Below are positions 48,258-58,480 of a stretch of DNA of 64,000 nt, one piece after another. Within the stretch, counting starts at the first letter, position 1, and every line of letters begins with the position of its first letter. The translations under genes were made by a program, and so were the position numbers. The notes under the pieces are model-generated. The model did no database searches, had not been told where the DNA came from, and saw only the letters and a program-made list of their open reading frames with translations. This DNA comes from Candidatus Sysuimicrobium tengchongense (GTDB taxonomy: Bacteria; Sysuimicrobiota; Sysuimicrobiia; Sysuimicrobiales; Sysuimicrobiaceae): the NCBI GenBank assembly GCA_031460175.1, contig JAVKGW010000004.1, positions 59,303-123,302 of the forward strand, read 5' to 3'.

Positions 48258-49127
48258 TCAGTCCACCCCGAACAGCCCTTTCGGTCGCACCATCAGCACC
48301 AGGGCCATGAGGGCGAAGACAAAGGCGATGGCGAACTGCGGAAGCACGAGGATGCCGAAGGCCTGCGTGAGCCCCACCAGGACCGCGGTGGCCGCCGCCC
48401 CGAGAATGCTCCCCAATCCGCCCACCACCACCACCACGAAGGCGTCGATCACCGCGCTCACGTCCATCCCCAAGCTCGCCCCGGAGATGGGCACCACCAG
48501 AACGCCCGCGAGCCCCGCCAGGGCGGTCCCCACCGCGAACACCTGGGTCGCGAGCCGCGATTCGTCCACCCCGCATGCGGCCGCCATCTCCCGATCCTGG
48601 GCCACAGCCCGCACCAGCCGTCCCCACCGGGTACGCTGCACGATCCATCCAAGGACCAGTGCCACCCCTCCGCTTACCCCGATCACCACCGCGTAGTAAC
48701 CGGGGAAGGTTACTCCCCCGATGGAGATCGTCCCGAACCGCCCCAGGACGGGAACGCTCTTCGGGAACTCCCCCCAGATGTACCGACAGAGGTCGGAGAT
48801 CATGAAGATGAGCGCCACCATGGGCAGGAGCTGGACACGGAGGGGCGCCCCATAGAATCTACGGATGAGCACGCGCTCCAGTCCTGCCCCCACAAGACCC
48901 GTGAGCAGGGGGACGGTCCCCATCAGGATCCAGAAGCCTCCCGCCCGATGGAGGAGCAGTTCCCCCAGCGCATACGCCAGGAACCCCGAGAGCATGAAGA
49001 AGGATCCGTGGGCGAGGTTCAGGAACCGGGAGACGCCGAACACAAGCCATACCCCGGCCGCCAGCAGGAACAGGAAGGAGGCGGAGACCAGGGCGCTGAT
49101 GAGCTGGAGGCCCAGGAGGGCGTGCAT
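48258..49127 (-). CDS. Branched-chain amino acid ABC transporter permease (LivH-like)
   Basis: The translation is an integral membrane protein. Confidence 0.85.
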   Translation of the reverse strand: MHALLGLQLISALVSASFLFLLAAGVWLVFGVSRFLNLAHGSFFMLSGFLAYALGELLLHRAGGFWILMGTVPLLTGLVGAGLERVLIRRFYGAPLRVQLLPMVALIFMISDLCRYIWGEFPKSVPVLGRFGTISIGGVTFPGYYAVVIGVSGGVALVLGWIVQRTRWGRLVRAVAQDREMAAACGVDESRLATQVFAVGTALAGLAGVLVVPISGASLGMDVSAVIDAFVVVVVGGLGSILGAAATAVLVGLTQAFGILVLPQFAIAFVFALMALVLMVRPKGLFGVD

Positions 49128-49133
49128 GCCGCG

Positions 49134-50387
49134 CTACCGGCCCAGGGCCCGGAGCCGCTTGATCTGCTCCTCTCCCAGGAGGTACTTCTCCCCCTCCACG
49201 TACCGCGGGTCCGCAAGCCCTGCCCGACCGTAGGTAGAATCCCAGGTGAGCCGCCCGAACCACCAGCCCGCGGTGGACTGGTTGTCGAACGGCCGCAGCC
49301 GGACCCAGCCGTGGGAGGGATGGAGGTAGGTCATGCCCACGAGCGCCTTGGCCAAGGCCTCCCGGTCCACCCGCTTCGCCTTCTCCAGCCCCGCCTTCAG
49401 GAGGTACACGGAGGCGTAGGCATGCACCGCGGCTTCCGTGGGCAGGTGGTTCCACCGCCGCCGGTAGGCCTCCACGAAGGCCCGGAGCTCGGGCCGCGGA
49501 GGGGGATACGGGAGGTCCGAGCCCGTGAGGATCCCCTCCGGGATGTCCTCCCGCCGCAACCCCGCGCTGTTCCCGGGCATGGCCAGGGTGGGATGGAGCC
49601 CCTGGACCTGCTCGAAGAGCCGGAACGCCTTCGCCTGCTTCACGAAGGCCTCCCCCGGCAGCGCCACCATCCCGGCGAACAGCAGGGCGTCCGGCTTCTG
49701 CCCGAGGATGGCGGTGATGTAGGGCGTGAAATCCAGCTGCCCCACAGGGACCCAGTACTGGCATCCGGGGAGCACCTCCACGTCCCGACGGAGGGCCCGG
49801 AGGCTGCCCAGGATCTGGGCCGTGCCGCTCCGGCCGTAGACGAAGTCCACCGCGATGGTGCAGTACCGCCGGGCCGGCAGCTTCGCGATCATCTCCGCGA
49901 AGGCCCGGGTGAAGACCCGTTCGTTCGTGAAGGTCCGGAAGATGTAGGGGTGCCCGTCCTTCTCCGTGATCTCCGCGGTGTAGCCCATGTTCACGAGGTA
50001 GGGGATGTGCAAGTCCCGCGCGAGCGGCGAGGAGGCCAGGACCGTAGCCGCGAAGGAGTGCCCGATGATGGCCACCACTCCCATCCCCGCCAGCTCCCGA
50101 AACGCCTTCACCCCTTCCTCCCCGGAGGACTTGTCGTCCCGGGTGATGAGCTGCAGCGGCCGACCCAGTACCCCGCCCTTCGCGTTGATCTCCTCCACCG
50201 CGAGGGCGGCTCCGTGCTGCCCGTGGTGGTGCACCGCGAAAGCCCCGCTGGCGGAGACGATCTCCCCCACCAGGATGGGCTCCCGCTGCTGGGCCACCGC
50301 GCTCCCCGTCCGCAGCAGGGGAACGGTCAGGACGCCCACCAGCCCGAGGAGGACGCAAACCGCTTCCCACCCCGACATCCGTCGCAT
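49134..50387 (-). CDS. Branched-chain amino acid ABC transporter substrate-binding protein (LivK/LivJ-like)
   Basis: The ATG at 50387 gives MRRMSGWEAVCVLLGLVGVLTVPLL, a signal peptide. The upstream part of ORF 49134..50810 is artefactual. Confidence 0.85.
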   Translation of the reverse strand: MRRMSGWEAVCVLLGLVGVLTVPLLRTGSAVAQQREPILVGEIVSASGAFAVHHHGQHGAALAVEEINAKGGVLGRPLQLITRDDKSSGEEGVKAFRELAGMGVVAIIGHSFAATVLASSPLARDLHIPYLVNMGYTAEITEKDGHPYIFRTFTNERVFTRAFAEMIAKLPARRYCTIAVDFVYGRSGTAQILGSLRALRRDVEVLPGCQYWVPVGQLDFTPYITAILGQKPDALLFAGMVALPGEAFVKQAKAFRLFEQVQGLHPTLAMPGNSAGLRREDIPEGILTGSDLPYPPPRPELRAFVEAYRRRWNHLPTEAAVHAYASVYLLKAGLEKAKRVDREALAKALVGMTYLHPSHGWVRLRPFDNQSTAGWWFGRLTWDSTYGRAGLADPRYVEGEKYLLGEEQIKRLRALGR

Positions 50388-50504
50388 GGCCCCTCGCCTC
50401 CTTTTCCCGGTTTCTGGAACCGCCCCGGCCGGCCACACCCGAGAACGCCCGCACACCCCCGACGCACCCCGGTCATCCGGTCTGTCTATACAAATCCACA
50501 GCAC

Positions 50505-50534
50505 CACTCTATGGAGGTCCTCCCCTCCCGTCAA
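50505..50534 (-). promoter_or_regulatory. Candidate promoter for the liv-like operon: -35 TTGACG, 18-nt spacer, -10 TAGAGT, preceded by an A/T-rich stretch
   Basis: This is the minus-strand reading of the AT-richer segment between tRNA-Pro and the livK-like start. Confidence 0.35.
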
Positions 50535-50580
50535 TCCAAAAAGTTTATCCGGAGGCTGCGAGGGGCCGGAAGGCTCGTGG

Positions 50581-50655
50581 TGGTCGGGGCGGCCGGATTT
50601 GAACCGGCGACCTTCGGCTCCCAAAGCCGACGCGCTGCCCCTGCGCCACGCCCCG
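50581..50655 (-). tRNA. tRNA-Pro (anticodon UGG), C1:G72, CCA encoded
   Basis: The reverse complement is CGGGGCGTGGCGCAGGGGCAGCGCGTCGGCTTTGGGAGCCGAAGGTCGCCGGTTCAAATCCGGCCGCCCCGACCA. Confidence 0.8.
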
Positions 50656-50748
50656 GGGCCGTTCCCACTGTAGCCCTCACCTTCCGGGCCGTCAACGGCC
50701 AGGATTTCGCCCCCGACTGCTCGAATCGCTCGGGAAAGATCCCGCGAA

Positions 50749-52398
50749 ATGGAGAGGGGAACCGTGCGCGGAACTTTTGAGGCGTTGGTGGAGGAAATCC
50801 TACAAGCCACTTTCGACTTCTACCCCCTGTGGGCGAGCGGGCTTGGGCTTCACGCCTACGACGGGGTCGCCGGCAGGTACGACCCGGCCTCCCGGGACGC
50901 TCGCCTGCGAGCCCTCCGGGCCGCCCGGCGGGCGCTGGAGGCCGTGGATCCGCACGTCCTCTCCCCGGAGCAGGTCCTGGACCTCCAAGTGCTGCGGGCC
51001 GCGGTGGAAAAGGAGTGCTTTGAGCTCGAGGAGCTGCGGGAGTTCGAGCGCAACCCCATCCTGTACAGCACCTTTCTCGACACCACCCACTATCTCAAGC
51101 GCGCCTACGCGCCCCTGGATCAGCGCCTGGAGCGGCTGGCAGAGTACCAGCGGCAGGTACCGGGTCTCCTCCAGACGGCGCGGCGGAATCTGGTGGGGCC
51201 CTACGCGAGGCCGCACGTGGAAGTGGCCATGGAGATCTTCCGGGGGATGCTGCGTTACCTGGAGCAGGACCTCCCGCGGGCAACGGCAGCTGCCTCCCCT
51301 GCCGTCCGCCACCGGCTGCTGGCGGCCAATGCCCAGGCCGCGGCCGCGGTTCGGGCGTTTCTGGAATTCCTCCAGGAGGAGGTCCTGCCGAAGGCCGTGG
51401 AGACGTTCGCCCTGGGAGAGACCCTCTATCGCCGGATGCTGTGGGTGGGAGAAAGGCTGGAGATGGACCTCCCCACCCTTCTGAAGATCGGCGAGCAGGA
51501 GATCGTCCGGCTCCGCGAGGCCTGTGAGGAAGTAAGCCGCCGCATCGCTCCCGGTCGCCCTCCGGCGGAGGTGGTCCGCATGCTGGGCGAGGAGCACCCT
51601 CCCGAGGAAGGGTTGATCCCCCTCGCGGGCACCCTCCTCCAGGAGCTCCGGGTCTTCCTGGAAGAGCGAGAGGTGGTCCCCCTCCCCGTGGGAGATCGTC
51701 TGCACGTGGAGCCCACCCCGCCGTTCCTGCGCTGGGCCTTCGCCCTCATGGACACCGCGGGTCCCTTCGAGGAGGTCAGCACGGACTCCTACTACTACCT
51801 CACCCTTCCGGAGGCGGACTGGCCCGCCGAGCAGAAGGAAGAGTGGATGCGGCGGTTCGATCCGTACACCCTGCGGAACACCAGCGTGCACGAGGTTTAT
51901 CCCGGGCACTATGTCCACTTCCTGTACATGCGCCGCGTGCCCAGCAGGGTCCGGAAAGTCTTCCACGCGTACTCCTTCGTGGAGGGATGGGCGCACTACG
52001 CGGAGGAGATGATGGTGGAGGAGGGATACGGGGACGAGAGGCTGCGGCTCGCCCAGCTCTTAGACGCCCTCCTCCGGGCTGTCCGCTTCGTGGTGAGCAT
52101 CCAGATGCACACGGAGGGAATGACGGTGGCACGGGCGGCACGGAGGTTCGTGGAGGACGCGTATCTTGAGCCCCTCCCCGCCTACCGGGAGGCGCAACGG
52201 GGGACCTTCGATCCCGGCTACCTGAACTACACCCTCGGCAAGCTCATGCTCCGGAAGCTGCGGCGGGACTACGAGAGGGAACGTGGGGGCGCTTTCCGAC
52301 TCCGGGAGTTTCACGATCGGTTGCTCCAGCTGGGCGCTCCGCCGATTCCCGTGGCCCGCCAGGTCCTGCTCCGGAATCCGGAAGGATCACTCCTCTGA
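50749..52398 (+). CDS. DUF885 family protein (HExxH-like HEVYPGHY metallopeptidase-type motif)
   Basis: The ORF is 549 aa. Characteristic DUF885 blocks are present. The exact start is uncertain. Confidence 0.75.
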   Translation: MERGTVRGTFEALVEEILQATFDFYPLWASGLGLHAYDGVAGRYDPASRDARLRALRAARRALEAVDPHVLSPEQVLDLQVLRAAVEKECFELEELREFERNPILYSTFLDTTHYLKRAYAPLDQRLERLAEYQRQVPGLLQTARRNLVGPYARPHVEVAMEIFRGMLRYLEQDLPRATAAASPAVRHRLLAANAQAAAAVRAFLEFLQEEVLPKAVETFALGETLYRRMLWVGERLEMDLPTLLKIGEQEIVRLREACEEVSRRIAPGRPPAEVVRMLGEEHPPEEGLIPLAGTLLQELRVFLEEREVVPLPVGDRLHVEPTPPFLRWAFALMDTAGPFEEVSTDSYYYLTLPEADWPAEQKEEWMRRFDPYTLRNTSVHEVYPGHYVHFLYMRRVPSRVRKVFHAYSFVEGWAHYAEEMMVEEGYGDERLRLAQLLDALLRAVRFVVSIQMHTEGMTVARAARRFVEDAYLEPLPAYREAQRGTFDPGYLNYTLGKLMLRKLRRDYERERGGAFRLREFHDRLLQLGAPPIPVARQVLLRNPEGSLL

Positions 52399-53073
52399 GG
52401 GGGGAGACTTGCGGGCCGCGGCCCGGGCCCGGGCCTCCTCGAGGATCCGGCGCCGCTCCGCCGCCCGGGGATCCTCGTCCCCGGGATTTGCCGCGGCCAG
52501 CTCTGCGCTCCGGGCCGGAGCCGGGGCCTCCGGCCTTGCCTGCGGCCGGGCTTCCCGGGCGAGCTCCGTGGTGCGCTGCATGGCGGTCTCGTCGCCCAGC
52601 CACTCCAGCCGCATGAACCGCTCGACCCGCTCCCGGACCTCCCGCACCTTCTCCGCGTCCCCGGCCCGGGCCTCCTGGGCCAGGGTCTTGTCCAACCGGT
52701 AGCTCACCAGCCGCTGCCCATCCGTGAGGTGGATGAGGGGATGCCCCCTGGAGTCCTCGTACACGAGGATGCGCGCCCGGATTCCCAGTCCGTGGGCGAC
52801 GGGTGCCACCTGGTCGTACACCCACTGCAGGTGGGGCGGGAGCATGCGGTTGCGGCCGGGATCCAGGGTCTGCGCCACCGTCCGGTCCCCGAGGGGATTC
52901 TCGAACCGGGGCTGCACCCGGCCACGCCGCTGCTGGGCCTTGCGCCGGGCCTCCGCGAGCTCCTCCCGGACATCCATGCCCGCCACCACGAAGGAGAAGA
53001 GATAGATGAGGAAGACCGCAAAGGTCAAGGCCCAGTAATTCCAGAAGGGATTGTCGAAGAACACCCGCTCCAT
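52387..53073 (-). CDS. Hypothetical membrane protein
   Basis: The internal ATG gives MERVFFDNPFWNYWALTFAVFLIYLFSFVVAG (a TM helix), then a charged and low-complexity tail. It overlaps the DUF885 3' end convergently. Confidence 0.45.
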   Translation of the reverse strand: MERVFFDNPFWNYWALTFAVFLIYLFSFVVAGMDVREELAEARRKAQQRRGRVQPRFENPLGDRTVAQTLDPGRNRMLPPHLQWVYDQVAPVAHGLGIRARILVYEDSRGHPLIHLTDGQRLVSYRLDKTLAQEARAGDAEKVREVRERVERFMRLEWLGDETAMQRTTELAREARPQARPEAPAPARSAELAAANPGDEDPRAAERRRILEEARARAAARKSPPSEE

Positions 53074-53109
53074 CGTTCCCTCCCCGCGCAAGCTCCGGGT
53101 AGGATGGTA

Positions 53110-53706
53110 TCATCCCGCAAGGCTTCTCAGGAACTCGCGGGCCTGCGCCATGGCCTTTCCCCGATGGCTGATGCGGTCCTTCTCGTAAGGAAGGAGCTCC
53201 GCCACCGTCCGCCCCAGGTCCGGGACGTAGAAGATGGGGTCGTAGCCGAATCCCCCGCTCCCCCGGGGCTCAAGGGCGATCCTCCCCTCGCACGTTCCCT
53301 CGAACGTCCTCACGGTCCCGTCTGGCAGTGCCACGGCCACCACCGCCCGGTAGCGGGCGGTGCGCCGCTCCCAGGGAACCCCGGCAAGGCGCCGCAGGAT
53401 CTCCGCGTTGCGCTCCGCGTCCGTGGCATCTTGCCCCAAAAACCGGGCGGAGTGGACGCCGGGCTCCCCGTCCAGGGCGTCCACCTCAAGCCCGGAGTCA
53501 TCCGCGAGGGAGATCTCCCCCGTGGCCTGGGCCACCGCGAGGGCCTTCCGGGTTGCGTTCTCCGCATAGGTGGAGCCCTCCTCGGGCACCGGTGGGAGGT
53601 GCGGGTAGTCCTGGAGGGACCGCAGTTCGAAGGGCAGGTCCTCCAGCAACCGCCGCAACTCCCGGAGCTTCCCCTCGTTGCGGGTGGCCACCACGAGGAC
53701 CCTCAT
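53110..53706 (-). CDS. rdgB: Non-canonical purine NTP pyrophosphatase (RdgB/HAM1)
   Basis: The N-terminus is [16 protein letters not shown] and the FGYDPIF block is present. Confidence 0.9.
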   Translation of the reverse strand: MRVLVVATRNEGKLRELRRLLEDLPFELRSLQDYPHLPPVPEEGSTYAENATRKALAVAQATGEISLADDSGLEVDALDGEPGVHSARFLGQDATDAERNAEILRRLAGVPWERRTARYRAVVAVALPDGTVRTFEGTCEGRIALEPRGSGGFGYDPIFYVPDLGRTVAELLPYEKDRISHRGKAMAQAREFLRSLAG

Positions 53707-54470
53707 CCGCTCCGTTCCTGGAGGACGGCCTTCTGCACCTCCACCAGCCTGCGGATCCCCGCCTCCCCCAGGGTCAGGAGCAGGTCGAGCTCCTCCCGCC
53801 GGAACGGCCGGCCTTCCGCGGTCCCCTGGATCTCCACGAGCTCCCCGGTGTCCGTCATCACCAGGTTCATGTCCACCTGGGCCCGGGCGTCCTCCTCGTA
53901 GTTGAGGTCCAGCATGGGGATCCCGTCCACGATCCCCACGCTCGTGGCGGCCACGAAGGCCCGCACGGGCCAGGCGTCAAGCGCCTGGGTGCGGTACAGA
54001 AGGGAGAGGGCGTCCACCAGCGCCACGAATCCGCCGGTCACCGCAGCGGTCCGGGTTCCGCCGTCCGCCTGGATTACATCGCAGTCCAACCAAATGGTCC
54101 GCTCTCCCAGCTTCTTCAGGTCCACGGCCGCCCGCAGGGACCGACCGATCATCCGCTGGATCTCCGCGGCCCGGCCTCCCGGTTTTCCGCCCTCCCGAGG
54201 CGTGCGCTCCCGGGTGGAGCGGGGGAGCATCCCGTACTCCGCGGTGATCCACCCGGAGCCGGAGCCCCGCAGCCACGGAGGCACCCGTTCTTCCACGGTG
54301 GCGGTGCACACCACCCGGGTTTCCCCCAGCTGGATGAGGGCAGACCCCTCCGCGTGCTTGATGTAGTTGCGGGTGATGCGCACCGAGCGCAGCTCATTGG
54401 GGGCACGTCCATCCGCCCGTCGGATCACGGACTCCCTCATGACGCCCCTCAGCGTACCTCGTAGGTGCAC
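53703..54470 (-). CDS. rph: Ribonuclease PH
   Basis: The translation reads [11 protein letters not shown]...[11 protein letters not shown]. It overlaps rdgB by 4 nt. Confidence 0.9.
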   Translation of the reverse strand: MHLRGTLRGVMRESVIRRADGRAPNELRSVRITRNYIKHAEGSALIQLGETRVVCTATVEERVPPWLRGSGSGWITAEYGMLPRSTRERTPREGGKPGGRAAEIQRMIGRSLRAAVDLKKLGERTIWLDCDVIQADGGTRTAAVTGGFVALVDALSLLYRTQALDAWPVRAFVAATSVGIVDGIPMLDLNYEEDARAQVDMNLVMTDTGELVEIQGTAEGRPFRREELDLLLTLGEAGIRRLVEVQKAVLQERSG

Positions 54471-55204
54471 AGCTCTTCCGCGCAGACGGTCTGGGGAAAG
54501 ACCGCACGCGCGGCGTTGGCGAGCTCTTCAGGGTCCACGGTGGGGAAGAAGTGGCTGAGGAGCAGCCTGCGCACCCCGGCCGCCTCCGCCAGCTCCCCCG
54601 CCAAGCGGGGGGTGAGGTGCCCCACTTCCCGGGCCACCTCTTCCAGGCCGTCGGGGAAGGTGCACTCCGCCACCAGCAGATCCGCTCCCCGACACAGGCC
54701 CACCACTTCCCCGTCGAAGGCGGTGTCCGCGGTGTAAGCCAGCACCCCGCCGGCCCCCTCCAGGCGGACCGCGTAGGTCTCCAGGGGGTGTCGGGTCCGT
54801 GCGAACCGCACCCGGAACCCGCAGAACTCCCCCTCCTCGCCCGGAGCGATCCGCCGTAGGTCGAACACCCGGAGGCCCCGCTCGGACTGCATGGTGCACG
54901 CGAGGTAGCGCTCCGCATCCGTGGGCCCGAGGGCGGGGAGCCGCCCCTGCCAGGGCTCGGGCGGAAAGCAGCTCCACTCCAGGGCCAAGCGCAGGGCCGG
55001 GACGTCCGCCACGTGGTCCGGGTGCAGGTGGGTGAGGATGAGCCCATGGAGGTCGTAGACGTCCACCCGCTGGAGCAAACGGGAGAGCACCCCGTGACCA
55101 CAGTCCAGGAGGATCCGGCGTCCGTCCTCCTCCACCAGGTATCCGGAGCAGGCGCCGCCCGCGGGAGGAAACCCTCCCCAACGTCCCAGGACCGTCACCC
55201 GCAT
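54449..55204 (-). CDS. MBL-fold metallo-hydrolase (RNase Z-like)
   Basis: The motif LTHLHPDH is present. Confidence 0.75.
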   Translation of the reverse strand: MRVTVLGRWGGFPPAGGACSGYLVEEDGRRILLDCGHGVLSRLLQRVDVYDLHGLILTHLHPDHVADVPALRLALEWSCFPPEPWQGRLPALGPTDAERYLACTMQSERGLRVFDLRRIAPGEEGEFCGFRVRFARTRHPLETYAVRLEGAGGVLAYTADTAFDGEVVGLCRGADLLVAECTFPDGLEEVAREVGHLTPRLAGELAEAAGVRRLLLSHFFPTVDPEELANAARAVFPQTVCAEELCTYEVR

Positions 55205-55238
55205 GCCACTCCCACTCTACCAGGCGCGCCCCCACCCG

Positions 55239-56999
55239 TCACGGTGCCGGAGGGGGCAAGGAACGGAGGAACCGCAGGATGCCGCGGCCGATGGCCTGAG
55301 CCACGGCCTCCCGGAAGTCCGGAGTGCGCAGGAGGGCTTCGTCCATGGGATTGGTGAGGTAGCCGATCTCCACGAGGACCGCGGGAACGGGGCTGTCCCG
55401 GAGCACCTTGAAGTTCGCGGTGCGGATCCCCCGGTCCGGGATGCCCAGGCTACGGGCCAGCTCCTCCTGGATCAGGGTCGCGAGCCGCATCCCATCGGGT
55501 TTCAGGTAGTACGTCTCCACCCCACGGATGACACTCCGGACGCTGGCGTTCGCGTGGATGCTGACGAACACGGTGGCCCCTTCGCGCAGGGCGATGGGCA
55601 CTCGGGCGCCCAGATCCACGAAGAGGTCCGTCTCCCGGGTCATCACCACCCGGATTCCTTGCCGCTCGAGAAAGGCCCGCAGCCGGAGGCCCACGTCCAG
55701 CACCACGTCCTTCTCCGCAAGCCCCGTCCCCCCGATGGCGCCGGGATCCGTCCCCCCGTGGCCGGGATCGATGGCCACCACGTGCCCGGAGGGAGGACCG
55801 CGGGGCGGTTCGGCCGCGTCGATCAAGATCACCACCCGCCGCCCCCCGTCCTCCGTGGAGATCCGGTAGGGGGCGGGAGTCCGCCACTGGATCACCACCC
55901 GGGTGATCTCCGGGCCTACCTGGAACTGGGCGGCCCGGACCACCTCCACCGGCCCCCCCACCACCAGCTCCTGCTTGACGGGGACGAACACCCCTGAAAG
56001 GTCCACCACCAGGCGCGGCGGATCCCGCAAGGTGGACTCCTGGTAGCGCAGGGGCCGGTCCCCCTGCACGACGATGCGGAACCCGCTCACGTCCCGCACC
56101 GCCCGCACCTCCAAGATGCGAGGTGGATCTTCGGCAGGGCCACCCGCGGGGGAGGGGCCCTCGGATCGAACCGGAGCGGGGCTTTGGGGGTTCGGAACCG
56201 GCGGTTCCGCGGACGGTGGGGAGGGATCCGGAGGCCCGCCGAAGGGTCTCGGCCGAAGCAGCACCTGGAGGTCAAACCCTGCTCCGGGCCTTACCTCAAC
56301 CTCCAGGGAGTTTTCCAGGTCGAGGACCACCCGGGTGATGTAGGGCTTGACCTGCAGCTGCCCCACGCGGATCCGCCGGACCCCCACCTGCCCGATCTCC
56401 TGCTCCCGGGCCTCGATCCGGGAGGCCGCGTGCAGGAGGTCGAGGACCAAGCGGTCGGGATCCCGCAGCCAAGAGGTCCGCGCCTCCACCGGTCCCGTGG
56501 CCTCCACCGTCAGCCGCGCGCCCGAGATCCCGGAGCGCTCGAAGACGAGTCGGACCACCTGGGCGGCCACGTGCAGGGTCTGCTCCTCGGGCTCCCATCT
56601 CACCCAGGCCCCGAGCGCCCGGTACACGAACTCCACGGGCACCATCAGGCGGTCCCCGAGGACGAAGGGAGCGGCGGGGAGTCGGTGGAGGTCGGAGCCC
56701 ACGGAAGCCAGGGGGTCTCCAGCCCGGAGAACCACCACCTCCCCCCGTATCCCACGGACCTCCGCCACGCGGCGCGCGGGGTTCCAGTCGACCGTGACCC
56801 GGTAGGGAACGAAGGCCTGGTCTACGGGAGCGAAGACCACCCCTTCCCGCAGGAGCACCGGGGGATCGGTGGGCAACTCCTCCCCGAGGACCACCAAGCG
56901 CGGGGCGGGCCGTCCCAGGGCCGGCAGGTGGGAGAGCAGGAGGAGGCCAGCGCAGGAGAGCGCGAGCAGGGTGGGTCTGCGAGTTCGGCCAGCCGTCAT
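55239..56999 (-). CDS. N-acetylmuramoyl-L-alanine amidase (Amidase_3 catalytic domain, Pro-rich linker and N-terminal AMIN-like repeats)
   Basis: The C-terminal block reads IDPGHGGTDPGAIG...VSIHANA. The ATG at 56999 is followed by a signal peptide. Confidence 0.8.
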   Translation of the reverse strand: MTAGRTRRPTLLALSCAGLLLLSHLPALGRPAPRLVVLGEELPTDPPVLLREGVVFAPVDQAFVPYRVTVDWNPARRVAEVRGIRGEVVVLRAGDPLASVGSDLHRLPAAPFVLGDRLMVPVEFVYRALGAWVRWEPEEQTLHVAAQVVRLVFERSGISGARLTVEATGPVEARTSWLRDPDRLVLDLLHAASRIEAREQEIGQVGVRRIRVGQLQVKPYITRVVLDLENSLEVEVRPGAGFDLQVLLRPRPFGGPPDPSPPSAEPPVPNPQSPAPVRSEGPSPAGGPAEDPPRILEVRAVRDVSGFRIVVQGDRPLRYQESTLRDPPRLVVDLSGVFVPVKQELVVGGPVEVVRAAQFQVGPEITRVVIQWRTPAPYRISTEDGGRRVVILIDAAEPPRGPPSGHVVAIDPGHGGTDPGAIGGTGLAEKDVVLDVGLRLRAFLERQGIRVVMTRETDLFVDLGARVPIALREGATVFVSIHANASVRSVIRGVETYYLKPDGMRLATLIQEELARSLGIPDRGIRTANFKVLRDSPVPAVLVEIGYLTNPMDEALLRTPDFREAVAQAIGRGILRFLRSLPPPAP

Positions 57000-57116
57000 G
57001 GGTTGCTGCAGGAGCGCTCCCTCCCTCCGGTTCGATCCGGCGGAGCAAGACTCCTGCCGCAAGCCGCGCGATTCAGAAAAAGAAAAGGGCCCCGGCGCTG
57101 CGGGGCCCAGGTCCCC

Positions 57117-57608
57117 TTACCCGCGGCGGCGCTTAGCGCTCAGGGCTTCCAGGAACTCCTCGTGCCGCACCTCGTCTGCCAGGAGCTCCGTGGCCAACTG
57201 GTAGGTGACGGGGTCCTTCCCGAAGGTCAGCTTCGCGAGGCGGTTGTAGACCTCGATGGCCTGCCGCTCTGCCCGGAGCTGGTCCTCCACCATCCCGTCC
57301 GCATCCGACCAGTCCCCCCGGGGAGCCGTCCACGGGGCGTTCGCGCCGGCCTCCCAATCCTTGGGATGCACCACGGGGTCGCCCCCCAGCTCCACGATGC
57401 GAAGGGCCAGCTTCTTTGCGTGCTCCAGTTCCTCCCGGGCCTCCTGCTCGAAGTGCTCCACCAGCTCCTCCCCGTGCCACCCCTCCGCCACCTGCGCGGT
57501 GAGCCAGTACGAGTAGAAGGCGAGGAGTTCGTCCAGGTACGCCCTCTTCAGTTCCTGGACGAGCTGCTCCACATCCAGCTCCACGATGGCGCGACCTTTC
57601 TGTCCCAT
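57117..57608 (-). CDS. dps: Dps family protein (ferritin-like DNA-protection protein)
   Basis: The translation reads ...FYSYWLTAQ...HFEQEAREELEHAKKLALRIVELGGDP...ELLADEVRHEEFL. Confidence 0.7.
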   Translation of the reverse strand: MGQKGRAIVELDVEQLVQELKRAYLDELLAFYSYWLTAQVAEGWHGEELVEHFEQEAREELEHAKKLALRIVELGGDPVVHPKDWEAGANAPWTAPRGDWSDADGMVEDQLRAERQAIEVYNRLAKLTFGKDPVTYQLATELLADEVRHEEFLEALSAKRRRG

Positions 57609-57682
57609 GGGATCCCTCCTTGTCCGGGCGTTCTCTCAACATCGTCTTACAGATGAGCCGACCGCGGAAGCCCCCGGATCGA

Positions 57683-58387
57683 TCAGGTCCTGTCACGGAG
57701 GTGGTCCAAGAGCCGCATCAGGACCTCGCAGTCCTGGCACTCCGGATGGCCCGGAGGGAGCGTGGGGCGCGTCAGAATCTCCCGGGCCCGGCGCAGGAGG
57801 GGCGGGATGATGCCCTCGGGATCGAGACGAACCCGCCGACGAACTGCCCGAAACAGGAGCGCCACCCGGGAACCATCCCGGGTCGGGTGAAACCGCCGGG
57901 GCTCCAGGTACACCAGGGAGAGGCCGGAGAGGGGCGTGTAGCCCAGGCGCTCCGCGATGTACGCGTACCCGTTCAGTTGCACCTCGTAGGCGGCAAGGGC
58001 CCACTCCTGGCTTTCCGTGAGCCGAGCGGTCTTGTAATCCACGATGTGATACGAACCGTCCGCCAATCGGAAGATCTCGTCGGGCTCCCCCCGGAGCACA
58101 AGGCCCAGGCGGCGATCCTCCACCTGGAACACCTGCCACCGGAGCCGATGCGGGGCCACATACCCCACCACCCGGCCCAGCCGGGGAAACCAACCGGGCA
58201 GCGTCCCGTGCCGGTCCACGTGGTCCCGGATGACCTGCTTGGTGGCCCGGTCGATCTCGCCCAGCACTCCGGGGAAGGGCATCTGGTAGGGGACCGGCAG
58301 GTGGTACGTGATCCAGAAGCAACGGGGGCAACCTCCCTCCGTCACCTCCGCCAGGCGCCGCACGGAGATCCGGATCGGCCCGCGCAT
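57683..58387 (-). CDS. PD-(D/E)XK nuclease, RecB/Cas4-like, with 2+2 Cys (CPRC...CQDC)
   Basis: The active-site-like residues ADGSYHIVDYKTARL (D...DYK) and the Q..Y motif QEWALAAYEVQLNGYAY are present. The ATG at 58387 is preceded by GGAGGAGG. The ORF-track TTG start is at 58432. Confidence 0.6.
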   Translation of the reverse strand: MRGPIRISVRRLAEVTEGGCPRCFWITYHLPVPYQMPFPGVLGEIDRATKQVIRDHVDRHGTLPGWFPRLGRVVGYVAPHRLRWQVFQVEDRRLGLVLRGEPDEIFRLADGSYHIVDYKTARLTESQEWALAAYEVQLNGYAYIAERLGYTPLSGLSLVYLEPRRFHPTRDGSRVALLFRAVRRRVRLDPEGIIPPLLRRAREILTRPTLPPGHPECQDCEVLMRLLDHLRDRT

Positions 58388-58480
58388 CCCCCTCCTCCGC
58401 CCGTGCCAAAATTCGAACGCCTGTACGTCCAAATTTTCTCCAACTCTGGCCAGGGTTCCTGCTGGGAGATTCCTGGCGGG